The notes under the pieces were generated by a model. The model did not search any database and was not told the origin of the DNA. It saw only the letters and a list, made by a program, of their open reading frames with translations. Positions 12,548-25,700 of a DNA stretch of 64,000 bases are shown one piece after another (within the stretch, counting starts at the first letter, position 1; each line of letters begins with the position of its first letter). The stretch comes from Paraspadella gotoi (Eukaryota > Animalia > Chaetognatha), in assembly GCA_051294375.1 (NCBI GenBank), contig JBJCIZ010000810.1, positions 14,887 through 78,886 on the forward strand. Reading direction: 5' to 3'. A program made the translations under genes and the position numbers.

Positions 12548-15500
12548 GCAAAGAAGAAAAATTGTTATTTTTAATAAAGACTAAATTGTTATTACAGGCA
12601 TGTTGTGACTAGAGTGATAGTCTTCATCAATGCAAATTAACAAATTCAAATGAAATAAATTTTTACATAATTTGTGTGTGTGAGACAGAGAGATAGAGAG
12701 AGAGAAAAAAAGTTAATGTTCATTAAAAAGAATTGAGAGATAGAATATTTTTTTTAAGTTGACAGTTGACAGCCTAAGAGTGAGGACAGTTAATATTGAG
12801 GGAAAAAATCCAGGGAAATGACAGGTTTCAAATCACATACTATAAGCACTGTAAAACATTTTATAAACCTTTTAAGTCGAGCAAATAATTAAATCGCGAG
12901 CAGCAAAAGTTTAATTTTTGCTTATAAAGGATCAATATTTCATTATCCAATAAATAAATATTTTGACCATGTTTACATTTGAAATATACATCCTAGTACA
13001 AAAGTTACTACCAAAATATCTCTATAAATAGTATATAAATACTAATATTTCTCAAGCAACACATATAATTATTATTGATAACATTGTGAAATCCAAATTC
13101 TGTTTCATATAGCTCATTTCAATTGAGCATAAAAAATACATTATATATTATACAACAATAAATAAGCTTTGATCCTTCGACATTGTATAAAAGTTGCAAT
13201 GACTTTTGCAGTTTGTCAATAGAAAGCAAAACAAGAGTTCTGTACTATAAATGATAATTATGAATCAAGCTAAGATAAGAAAAATAGGTTAGTAAAGACT
13301 TTCAAAAAATTTTATGATATTAATTTTTTTTTAGTTGAAAAAATATAATACTGATTGTTGGAAAGAAACTTTCGTGGATTCGTTATGAGCATAAACAGGT
13401 TACTGATTAATATTTCAAAAAGAAAATGCAATCATTACCCTACTAATAATAGATAAATATATTCAGATTGATAAAAATGATAAAAAACTAATTGTACTCT
13501 GTTTAGATAACTTTTTATGGGTTAAATGAATCCTTTTTATGGGTTATATGAATCTATTCTTGAAAATTAAATTTAAAAAAGAATTTGTATTAGCAAAGCA
13601 TAAAAAATAATTTCATATAAATTAATTGAGTACATAAACAACAAAAGAAATTTATAACACAGAACTCCTAATGATTAAATATGGCCATTATAACGGTCGT
13701 GGTTCCAACTTTACAACTGGTTTAAACATTAAACATAATTCCAACCTCGGACTAAGGATATGCTTTACTCATTTGGAAAAGTTGTAAGTTTGAACTTCTT
13801 ATTTCGGTTATTAAAATAAAAATAGTATATTTTTAATGCAATATTTGTATTAATTCCAGCTATTCCAGCTTATACAAATAAAATCGTTGTTAAATCAAAA
13901 ACCAATTTCCGTTAAAGGTTTATCTTTATTTTGAAATCTTAATATAATATCTTAATCTTATTTGTTTAGACAACTTTTAATAGCTATCTGAATCCAATTT
14001 TAAAAAGACATAATTCAATAAAAAATTTTAACATTTCTTATTTATAAATAAATATTAAAAAATTAATTACTTGTGCTTCTAGCCATTTAAAAAAAAATTT
14101 GGTCCATTTAAAGTTTTTTCAATGTATAAATTTTCATTTGGGAAGGTTCTCAAATCAAAATTCTGACCAACCCCATTGACATAGATTTGCCCTATTACAA
14201 CCCAATATTTTTAAAGATTTTCCATGTCCCAAAACGAGTCCAAACTTTTACTTTTCCACATTTACCAGCTTTAATTAGAGTTTTCCTTTTTTCCAGTATT
14301 AATTATACCATTTATCTGTTGGAAGAAACAATTTTTTATCAAATTTAATGTTAATTAAAATTTATTCCTTTAATTAACATTAGAAATACAGTCAGTAATT
14401 ATTATCATTTATCAATTCAATTAATTTATTGTTCTTTGAAAAATTACAACTTACAACAATTACAAGATGCCAGTTAGATTTAAGTGAAATTGTTTGTTTT
14501 GCTCACAGACAACGAATTTGTTTTTATTTTCAAGGCTAATATTAGCAGAAACATGTATGTTTTTCCCCTTAAAAACAAAACAAAAAATTTCACTTAATTC
14601 TAATTTCAAATGCAATGAAACAATAACCTCAAAATAAAAATATGCCTGTTAAAATTTTAAAAGTGAAAACATGTTGAAAAGGCCTATTAATTAATAAATT
14701 TGTAATTTTTTTGTTACTTGAACTATTTTTATTTATAATATTAAGCTTATATTATTATAGCATTAGTCAGACATTGCAACAAGTTCAACCCGCCTAAAAG
14801 CCTTCAGTTCTAACGCGGTTGCTCGATGAGTATTAATTAACATCAACGTATGACTGCTAGATACCGGGACCAATCCCCAATGATATCTACCCTGTGAAAA
14901 GGATGGCCTTTAACCGCTTTTGGGGAAAAGAAATCCCTTAAGAATGGCTTCCCGGGATACTTTTCATTGCTCTTGATGGGGCTCAGAAGATACTATTTAT
15001 TACCTTTAGCGCCTTATAAAATAAAAGATTACAAATAGTAATCTGATTGTTACTGAATAAAATTGAAATAAAAATATTTTATAGTGTACTAAAATCCTAC
15101 AATCGTTCATCAGCGGCCATTGTTGCAGTAGTCAAGTCATTCTCTTCCCAACTCAAATGTTTGGGGTTTTAGCCCAGTAGCCGTTTAGCAGTTAAAAGGG
15201 ACCGGGTGCTTAAACAGCCGGAAAAAAAAATTAACCTAAGTTAGGGTTGGGGGAGAGGCATGGAGTTTAACAGGAGGCCTGGTTTAGGGTTAGGGTTGGG
15301 GAAGGAGCCCGTGGGTGATGCGTTCATCCCCGTGTCTCAACATCAGCCGCGAGCCTCTCCTCTAACTCGCGCCTTTCATTATATTCGCTACTTTTATCAC
15401 TGGCGAGGTGACATCGCCAGGGTCCTGGCGATATCGCTATGGCGAAGTCGCCAACCAACTAGAACCAACTCTATAAAATTTTTAAAAATATTTATTAAGT

Positions 15501-15843
15501 AAATAATCTCTAAATTTAAAATTTATAAATTTATCATAACATTTAAATTATATTTGTTTTACTTTCAAAATTTTATTAAACATTTTTTTAAAAATTGATA
15601 AATTCTTCATTGATTTCTATAATAGCAAGTTGAAGCAAAATGATTGTTTTTTCCGCAGATGTAGCATCTTCGGTTGGTACGCCTTCTGAGAATAATTTAA
15701 GAGCATTATGGTTGTTTTAGGATAAGAAAATTTTAATATACAGGAGTCGGAAACAAAACTTATTAAAATTTTATTATCTTTACAAATAAACGAATATCTC
15801 CGGAACCATTTGAAGAATATCAGTGAAATTTATATCAAATATT

Positions 15844-16037
15844 ATGGTGGACTAAAATCCACCAACCATTTATCGACGGCCATTGGTACCGGAGGCAAGT
15901 CAACCGCCTCCCAATCCAAAAGGTTAGGGGTTTTAACCCGGTGGTCGCCTAGCAGTTAAGAGGGACGGGACGCTTAACCCGCCTGTAACACGGTCTTATA
16001 GCCTGATCTGAAGCTCAGAGACTGCATATATTGAACA
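15844..16037 (+). mobile_element. tRNA-derived SINE copy
   Basis: Clearly homologous to 3364-3569. Confidence 0.7.
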
Positions 16038-16228
16038 GTAGGGTGAAGTGAAAGTTTGGAATCAAAATTTAACAGTTATATTTTGAAAACTATCATATTA
16101 GTGAAAATTAATCTATACTTATTTTTTTTTTACAAATATAGTAATCCAGTCAGCTTATTTTGTATATAGTACTACCCTTGTATAATAAAGCGTAGTGACA
16201 GTTACGTACGGAAATTCTAAAAGTTTTA

Positions 16229-17154
16229 CAAGCGCCGGTAGAAATACGCTGTCATTTTCAAACCAGTGGTTATTTATTGATTTTAAAATTTAGTTGAATA
16301 GAAAATACTAAAACTATTTATGTGTTAAAATTTTATATTGATCAGTTAAGATATGCCTTGACAATGAGTGGAGAAAGTTGGCTTGTCAAATCGGATTTCA
16401 TTTTTCAACTCACTGTTTTTAAATTAAATTTTTTTTTTAACTTTTAGCACTTTTTTAAACAAAGTATTTATTAAAATATTAACAATATTAATATCCTCAG
16501 AAAGCCCTTAAAAATATGAAGAGAATTATATACTTACGAATACTGTAGTATAAAATTTAACTGGCCCAGCTTTAATTTAATTAGGATATTCAAAAATGAG
16601 ACATCTTTTTAAAAATCAATAGCTGGAGAGTAAATTTATAATTTTTATCAAATTGTGATTGGCTATCTTAGATCTTTTTTTCTCAGGCTCTTTCATGATA
16701 TTTATATAAATAATAATATTTTTTGTTATAATAATTTAAACAGGTCATATATTTTGAAAAAAGATTTAAAATTTTAAATAATTAACTTTTGACACTCTTA
16801 ATTGAACCAAGGCTGGGCAACTTACTTTTTATGTTAGAGCTTTCATAAGTATATCAATCTCTTCATATTTTTAAGGGCTTTCTGAAGATATTAATATTGT
16901 TAATATTTTAATAAATACTTTGTTTAAAAAAGTACTAAAAGTTCCAAAAAAAAAAGAATTTAAAAACAGTGATTTGGAAAATGAAACCCGATTTGACAAG
17001 CCAACTTTCTCCACTCATTGTCAAGGCATATCTTAACTGATCAATATAAAATTTTAACACATAAATAGTTTTAGTATTTTCTACTCAAATAATTTTTAAA
17101 ATCAATGAAATAACCACTGGTTTGCAAATGACAGCATATTTCTACCGGCGCTTG
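16229..17154. mobile_element. Foldback MITE, ~300-bp TIRs, TA TSD (Tc1/mariner-type)
   Basis: TA|CAAGCGCCGGTAGAAAT ... ATTTCTACCGGCGCTTG|TA; arms 16229-16525 and 16858-17154 are reverse complements. Confidence 0.85.
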
Positions 17155-17901
17155 TAAAATTGTCACCATGTAGAGAAGTCTTATTTTTGACGTACACTGC
17201 CTTCCGAGCTTTTATGGCCTATCTAGGAAGGGGGAAAGTGCGTACATCTTTATAAAAAAAATTTTTACAAGTTTTCGATTACAACTTAACTATGGTTTTT
17301 TAGAATTATTCCAAACTTGGATTTTAGGACCTGGTGGCAGTCTGCTTTAAGACGCCATACATTGAGCTAATAAAAAGTTTAACATCTGAACAGGATAAGG
17401 GTGAAAAGTCTAATGACTCCAAATAAAAATCTTACTCATTATTAAAATATTGTAGCTGCATTACAGTATGAGGCAGTATATAAATATTTGAGCTTGGGTT
17501 ATCATCTTGAGGACCGTTAACCTCTACCAGGCTTTAAATGACACCTAAGTTCATATCAATTGGCTTCACCACTTGTTTTATTTATCATAATAAAATTAAA
17601 CTGACCCATTTATATATTATATCTTGTCATTAGCCCAATCTTTGTGACATAACGATAATGATTGGTATAGCAATAGTTGACAACATGATAAATTAATTTA
17701 AATAGAATTATAAGTTTTGATTCCCGACTCTGTAATTCCAATATAAAATATTTTTACTTTGTGAAAAAAATTAAAAGAAATAAACAAATAAACAAGTGGA
17801 ACATTCCTATTCCTGATCCCTTAACAAGGTATCGTATTTTTTAAAAAATTTAAATATTTTTATTAATACATTATAATACATAATACAGTAACATCCGTCA
17901 A

Positions 17902-18395
17902 GAATTTCTGAGATGGCAAGCTCTATATCTCTCATATTTACGGTTATTTAATCAGTAAGTCTATGCTCTATTGTCACTTTTGGGACATGGCAACTAAGTT
18001 GAAAAATTTTCGGTTGCCAAGATTCGAACCAACATCTTTCTTTGTCTCCGAATCAAGCGGGCTCTCACGAAGCAAATTTAAGAATTTAACTTTTAAATTT
18101 CAGATATTTTTTTTTAAATGAAGAATCGTCTGAACGCTTTGCTAATTATCATGAAAAAAAATTATGTATTTTAATAAGCAACTAATTGTTTATTACTTAT
18201 TTCCAAGAGAGTTAAAAATAAATGTTATGAAGTATACATATGAAATATCTCAAATTTTTTTTCGAACGCCGAGTGGTTAGCATTCCAACTTAAGAATAAA
18301 AAGGTTGAGAGTTAAGAGTTAATCACAATGTCTCAGAAAAATTTCTGATAATCATAAATGTATTTCAGTTATAGAGCTTGCCGTCTCAGAAATTC
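17902..18395. mobile_element. MITE with ~25-bp TIR and imperfect 9-bp TSD (Mutator-like)
   Basis: GAATTTCTGAGATGGCAAGCTCTAT ... ATAGAGCTTGCCGTCTCAGAAATTC; flanks ATCCGTCAA / ATTCATCAA. Confidence 0.65.
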
Positions 18396-18903
18396 ATTCA
18401 TCAAGTTAAGGAATAAGGTTTAGGGTTAAGAAATTATTTCAAGAAAAAAAATTATGAACTAAAATTTGGTAGATTGTGCTGAACAATTATTAATAGTCAA
18501 CTTACGGAGTAAAATCTATTGTTATTTGTCCGATGTATTCGTTAACTCTGAGAGTAGAAGTAAAAATTAAAGCATATTTCAATGGTTAGTATCTTACATT
18601 CCTCTATGATTGGTTGTACAATTGTCACTGCAGATAAAAATAATGAAAATAAAAATAAATAAATATTTTTTTATATGTTCTTTTGGCAGATTATTTTATA
18701 ATTTTTATTTTATATATGCTCCATAAAAACTGAAACAATTTTTAATATTAATAATAATTAAGTTGAGATCATTTAAATTCAATTATTGTTTTTTTAATCA
18801 TTTTTTGTTGATTTAATTAGATTGGATTTAATTATTCAAATATTTTGTTATAGTATTTAGCGTTTGGACTTTTTAAACAATATTTTTACCAAATTTATTA
18901 GTA

Positions 18904-19454
18904 CAGAAGGCTTCATATTATAAAATGAGGTACCCTTTTTTGTGACCAGAATCTGGTCCAACCAAACTACCCGATCGAATTTCATGAAATTTTACATTTA
19001 GAGTTCTAATGACAATATAAATGGGATTATCGAGGCGTATTTTATATTTAACCCATGACAAGAGATACAGGGCCATTTTTTATGCGCATCAGGTACATTG
19101 ACGTTTTAAACATATAAAAAACATTTTAGAACTAAAATTGATAAATTTTCGTTAATAAAGTATTGTTTGAAGATGCATGGTTCATCGTTTTACTTTCAAT
19201 TTTCCCAAATTGAAACTGTTCAAAACAAAAATAATGAAATAATTTTTTAAAAATATTTTTAGCTTTTTTTGGACCCCTAGGGCCCTGTATCTCTTGTCAG
19301 GGGTCAAATATTGAAATTTGCCTCGATAGTTCTATTTGTATTCACATAGGGATTGTTCATACCAAATTTCAACAAATTTGGTCCAGTAGTTTTCTCGGAG
19401 CGTGTTCTGGTCACAAAAAAACGGGTACCTCATTTTATAATATGAAGCCTTCTG
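18904..19454. mobile_element. Tc1/mariner-type MITE, TA TSD
   Basis: TA|CAGAAGGCTTCATATTATAAAATGAGGTACCC ... GGGTACCTCATTTTATAATATGAAGCCTTCTG|TA. Confidence 0.85.
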
Positions 19455-19475
19455 TATTTTCTTTTAAATTCAAGT

Positions 19476-22400
19476 TTACATTGTCATCGTTCCTCCGTTG
19501 TTTGGACTTCTTCCATCGAAACGCCGCGCTTTGAAGGAGGATTGGTATTTTGTCGATTTCTTCAAATCATCTCTGATGTAAAAAATAAGTTAACTACTGA
19601 GGCATTTAGTTAAGCACGTATAAACCTTAGATCGATTTAATTAACAGAAAAAACCTATTCGGGAAACTACTTGGAACCATCAGGGGAGACCTTCGTACAT
19701 ATCCTAGAGTGGTTTTTAAATTTGTTTTCTAAAGCACGTTTTTTAGAAAATTTTATTAAAATCAAATTTTTTTTTGAAGAAAAATTATTTAAAAAAAATT
19801 CATGTAAAACTGTATTTAAGGCAAATAAGTAAAATTAAGGTATTCATCCTGATGAATTTTTCAAGACCTTTCAGATGAATTCATTTTCATCATTTTAAGA
19901 TGATTCAATCACGAGATAATCGACTTACAAGTAATATTTTTCTTTATATTTATTTCTTTTTTCTTTATTTCATTTATTCTTATAATTATACAAAATTCGT
20001 CAATATAATTTATTAGCATTAAGTCACCTCTACTCCTGTTTGTAAAAAGTAAAATTAGAGTCTAGGAAAAAGTAGCTATATACCGAGGGTAATGTTGCGT
20101 AGAGTGTAGTAGGTCTTTCGGTTTGTACCGACGTTCTTCGCGTTCTTCGCGTTCTTCCCGTCTTCGATCACAACGTTCGTCGCGTCGATCACTCCGATCG
20201 TCCTGCACGGTTCATTTGAAAAGAGGAAAAATAAAATGAAAATATACCATCTCTGAAATGATAAAAAGCTGAAACTTTGCGGTTTGGATAAATTTATAAT
20301 AGCTTAAGCAAACCGAGAGCTTTAATTTAAGACCAAATGAATATATATTAATTTTAATATTAATATTAATATTAATATTAATTTGAATCAAAAATTTATA
20401 GCGAGTACAAGCTCAAACAATTTTTTTTATATTTTAAATATACTTTCAATGGACAAAATTTTTTTTATATAGCTCTATACCCTAGAATTAATTTTTTAAT
20501 ATTTATTTATAGATAGGAAAGGCCAAAAAAGTTTTGAAAATTTTTAAATTTTAAGACCAGATTCAGATAGCTCATAAAAAGTTATCTAAACAAAGTATAA
20601 TTTAAAAAAAAAATATTTATCATAAGTAGGTCAATAATAAAAAAAATGTAAAAAATCATCATTATCATCATCTTTTGATGATTTTATAAGTTTTTTTAGA
20701 TTTTTACTGAGAAAACGTAAGAATTTTAAAAAGCTGTAATTTTGTTTCTTATTTAACTCTATCCGAATCCATCAAAACATTTTAAGATTTTAAATTTTTT
20801 TTTATATAGTAATATAATACTTTTAATTATGCTAATATACAAAAAAATATTTTAATACTATAATCTATGCTCATGATAAATTATTTTAATGCTGTATACA
20901 TTAGCATTTAAATTTTATTAGCTATAGCTAATAATGATTTAATATTATTTTAACTATTAAATATGGACTGGAAACTATAGAATATGACCTTCATTTTGAG
21001 CCTACTCCCAACTCTTTATGATAAATATTTATGAAATTATTTAATAAAAAAGCCTCAAAAATTACAAAAACATAAAAAATATTTATTTTATTTTCATATA
21101 TAACTTTTTTTGAGTCAAATGATTTTATTTGCAGATTAATGTATATGGGATGTATTAAATACTATTAGTTATATTATTTTATTTATAATTTATTCAGTGT
21201 ACCTAATTTTCGTTCAATTATAACCAAAATTACATATACTTTTGTTTGCTACAGCAACAAAATAAAAAAACAGTTAAAAAGAAATTATTTATAAAATTTT
21301 ACTACCTAACCGAAACTTCTCTTGATAATAAAATTTTAGATTTTTATCATTCCAGAGTTGGTATATTTCCATTTTCTTTTTCCTCCTATCAAATGAACCG
21401 TGCCTGATAACTATCACGATCTTCGTCGCGCTGGTCTTTGCGGCGATCCCTTGAGCGCTCCTCTCGGCGGTCACCATGCTGATCGTCGCGTCGAGCGCCC
21501 TCGCCTTCCCCTCTCATTCGCTCCTTTCTTTCCTCGCGGAGTATTTCCCTTCTTCTGCTTCTTTTCTCTTCTTTTTTTCCATCCTCCATCATTTCCTGGA
21601 CGTCGACCATAATATCTTCAAATGATTCCCTTAAAAATTAACAAACAGAGTCTCAAAAGTACTGCCAATTTACAGAATACAGCGAATCAGAACAGTTTAA
21701 ATTAAATATTAAAAATATAAAGTTCTTATTTTTTGTTAAATGAATGAATAATTTTTATATTGGTTGTACCAATTTCATTAAATACAAACTATTAACTTAA
21801 AACATTTAAGAAAAAATATTTTAAAAATCATCTTTTTTGCCGCCCTAATTAAAAATTATTTTTTTCAGCTACTCGGCTTTAAGAGAAAGTGAAGAGAAAG
21901 TAATTATTGATATATATTAATGACAGAACCGTTCAATAAAGCAGTCCCTGAGCTTCGGATCAGGCTGTAACACCATGTTACAGGCGGGTTAAGCGCCCCG
22001 TCCCTCTTAACTGCCAGACGACCACCGGGCTGGAACCCGGACCTTTGGGTTGGGAGGCGAATGACTTGCCTCCGGCACCAATGGCCGCTGATGAACGGTT
22101 GGTGGATTTTAGTCCACCATAAAAGTAATTATTATTATGTGATAGTGAAAGAACCATTCAATATAAGCAATCCCTGAGCTTTGGATCAGGCTGTAAATTC
22201 GTTTGAAATACACATGAGCTGCTGTAAAAACTATTCTATGCATCTCACATTATATGCTGAATCATAAATTAAAAAAATTTCAGCATTTCTCAGTTTTGAA
22301 AGTTCAATGACCATCCACAAGAACAAATGTTTTCACAATCGTTCGTTAAATTATATTTACTGAAATAAGTATGTGTTTTGAAATATATTTCCTAATATAT

Positions 22401-22524
22401 AAAAATATTAGGCAAAAGCGCTCGGCTTGTTATTTTTGTAAAACAATGTGCAGTAATATAAGTAACAAAGAAGAAAATAATAATGATTAAGAAAAATGAA
22501 CCTGTGTTCCGTAGACTTGTCCAT
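19476..22524 (-). CDS. Predicted 4-exon gene, 154-aa Arg/Asp/Glu-rich protein of unknown function
   Basis: Exons 22502-22524, 21404-21629, 20084-20202 and 19476-19572 join in frame (465 nt): MDKSTEHR-ESFEDIMVDVQ...RDEDRDSYQ-DDRSDRRDER...QHYPR-DDLKK...TM*. Exons are GC-rich islands; intron 2 is GC-AG. Confidence 0.65.
20206..21402. mobile_element. Non-autonomous Chapaev/CMC-like TIR element forming an intron (Introner-like)
   Basis: ~70-bp imperfect TIRs starting CACGGTTCATTTGA; 4-bp TSD CCTG at 20202-20205 and 21403-21406 (CAGG on the gene strand). CAC...GTG ends with a 4-bp TSD are the Chapaev signature. Confidence 0.8.
21917..22120 (-). mobile_element. tRNA-derived SINE copy (inside intron 1 of the R/D-rich gene)
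   Basis: Reverse complement of 3364-3569. Confidence 0.7.
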
Positions 22525-22759
22525 TTTGGCACCTGTTAAGCAATAATTAAAATTATAAAAATAAAGAAATTTATACGAGTCAGAGCCATGAGCCACAATC
22601 AGTAGAGAGCTACGGAGTTTATTTGGTTACTTTGACCGTGTTTAACCAACGTAGAAATAATATTATTTCTAAGATCTCGTGTTCGAAAAATTTAGTTTTC
22701 AAAAGAATAGTCGCATTCTCCTTGTATATGACTTTTTAGGAGGTTAATATAAATATAAT

Positions 22760-25700
22760 AACGTTAACCTCAACTACTTAATTCTTATGACAGAGGTTAT
22801 CTTGATGACGGAAGGGTCAACTGACGAGTCGCCAGATGTCCATTAATCAGCTTACTATCTCACCTCACTGAACAAATCGCCTACCCTTAATATTTTTTTT
22901 AAAACTTACAGCGTCGGTCTAGCGTCAATGTTCGACATCATTTTCCGAACATCGGACAATAAAAGCCGAGAAATGCCGTTCGACCGCAACCGATTTATCA
23001 GATATGTGACCGACCATCGTCGTGCGTCATTTTGGTGCTGAGCTTCGACGCTTGATCCTTAGTATCCAAGTAAAATTAACATGCTAACGCAAATATTCGT
23101 TGGTTGTTTTATACTTATAGTCGTAAGCTCTTACCATTAATTTTCATTATTTGCGCATCTCACCTACTTCCTTAACCATACGCTTCCTNNNNNNNNNNNN
23201 NNNNNNNNNNNNNNNNNNNNNNNNNNNNNNNNNNNNNNNNNNNNNNNNNNNNNNNNNNNNNNNNNNNNNNNNNNNNNNNNNNNNNNNNNNNNNNNNNNNN
23301 NNNNNNNNNNNNNNNNNNNNNNNNNNNNNNNNNNNNNNNNNNNNNNNNNNNNNNNNNNNNNNNNNNNNNNNNNNNNNNNNNNNNNNNNNNNNNNNNNNNN
23401 NNNNNNNNNNNNNNNNNNNNNNNNNNNNNNNNNNNNNNNNNNNNNNNNNNNNNNNNNNNNNNNNNNNNNNNNNNNNNNNNNNNNNNNNNNNNNNNNNNNN
23501 NNNNNNNNNNNNNNNNNNNNNNNNNNNNNNNNNNNNNNNNNNNNNNNNNNNNNNNNNNNNNNNNNNNNNNNNNNNNNNNNNNNNNNNNNNNNNNNNNNNN
23601 NNNNNNNNNNNNNNNNNNNNNNNNNNNNNNNNNNNNNNNNNNNNNNNNNNNNNNNNNNNNNNNNNNNNNNNNNNNNNNNNNNNNNNNNNNNNNNNNNNNN
23701 NNNNNNNNNNNNNNNNNNNNNNNNNNNNNNNNNNNNNNNNNNNNNNNNNNNNNNNNNNNNNNNNNNNNNNNNNNNNNNNNNNNNNNNNNNNNNNNNNNNN
23801 NNNNNNNNNNNNNNNNNNNNNNNNNNNNNNNNNNNNNNNNNNNNNNNNNNNNNNNNNNNNNNNNNNNNNNNNNNNNNNNNNNNNNNNNNNNNNNNNNNNN
23901 NNNTTAATGATTGAAATATCTTAAATCGAATAACGTCTAACCTGTTATTGTCTATGTATGTTATTTCATTGCTAATCTTTAACTTTGTTTTGTCAGTTAG
24001 GTCTTAGGCTTTTTTTTTGGATTGCTCATGTACTGATACTGAATCAACCTTGTTGGGAATTCACGAAATCGAAATACACAACGGCATATACTTAGACCTA
24101 AACTTGTTTAAGCCTGCTGCGCTGTTAATACGTATTATAAAAATAGTCTAATTAATTGACATTGGTTCAATAATTATTTTGAAAAGTTATTTCGTCTGAC
24201 GTTAAATGAACATATTTTGAGCCTTCTGTCTTTAAAAATTAAGTTCAGGGTTAAATACTTGATTCTAACTCAATTAGGATACGGATAAGCTTTACTACTT
24301 ATTGCCCATTCAATATTTAGTCGTACTTACTAGTATAAAATGTAAAGTCTATAAGATTTATTGATTACTAAAACAAGAATGTAATTTTTTTTCATAAAAA
24401 ATAGATAAAAAGAGGCCAGTAAATATCATAATTTTGTTTCCACCTAGTCAGTAGAGGGGCATGCTATTTAGGTTCACCTTCAGTTTCGTGACCCGGTGGA
24501 TGATTAAGTAATTCATCAGGCACCTGACTATTATGGTACCGGGATCAACCTTAACAGGTACCTACATCGGCGGGAAGGCGTGAGGACAGCCGAAACCGCC
24601 TTTGGGGCCTGGGATTAACCCTCAAGCCTGCGTCCGGAAGCTAGACTCGTTCCTTTGCTGCTGAGGAGGGTCCACAGAGATGCGGTATAGTCTTTCTGCC
24701 ACTTAGTGGTCTTATCCCACAGGATGGCCGAAAATTATAAAACGGTGAAATATGAAGCCATGAACCAGTCGAACTTTTAGAAAAGAAACCGCTTAAAAAG
24801 TGAAATTGAAAATTAGTGAAACATCAGAAAAAAATCCCGTGATATACTAAAACACAACACGGGTTGAAAACCTGTGTATGTGTAAATGTGCAACTCTTTA
24901 ACAGTGCTCTTTTAAAAAAATATTAAATAGTAAAACGTGGGTCAACTTGAAAGTATGATATGCTTACTTTATGTTTGAACTGGGAGAAACCTGACAATAA
25001 AGCCACCGCATCCTCATCTAAATAACACTCAAACGCTCTGAAAGAGTAACGTTTTTTGGCGCCATGGTTGATGACGGAAGCACGGGTTGAGAAAGCGCTG
25101 AAAAGGGTGGGAAAAATTAAGGTCCTAAAATTAAAAAATCACAGTAAAGAAAATTATTATTTAAGCATATAGATTCCTTAATCCATATTAGTCAATTTTC
25201 ACATTTAAATACTATATACTATATAAGAAAAGCTATACCAGATCAAAAAACTTGATAATATAATGAATATGCGCACAAATATGGACCATTATATAGCATA
25301 CTTAAATTTAAAAAATTGATCCAAGAAAACTCCAGTAGTTATTACATAAAGACTAAGTAATTGGTAAATAAATTTGGTCATGTATTTTTTTTTAATATTA
25401 AATTAGATATTTCATAATATTCATCTAATATTTTTATAATATTTATTAAATAATATTTTTTATTGTTTCCTTAGATAAAGGATAGTAAAAGACGACCTTT
25501 TTTAATAATGCACTTATTTTATACAAATTAAAATTTAAATAATTCATATCAATTTAAAATATTTTTTTTACGTAAATTTGTTCCAAAAAATTTTGAAAAA
25601 TAAAATGTAAAAATTAAAAAAAGTGAAAAACTGGTACTAATTTAAATTGAATGTTTTGCACAGAAAAATTAATAAAAATTACATTCGAAATATAGTATCA

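Noticed and set aside
15236-15300. TTAGGG telomere-like motifs
   Set aside because: Only a few scattered units inside a MITE; not a telomeric array.
23151-23924. ORFs spanning N-runs (also 29688-30092 and 63533-63943)
   Set aside because: Artefacts of assembly gaps.
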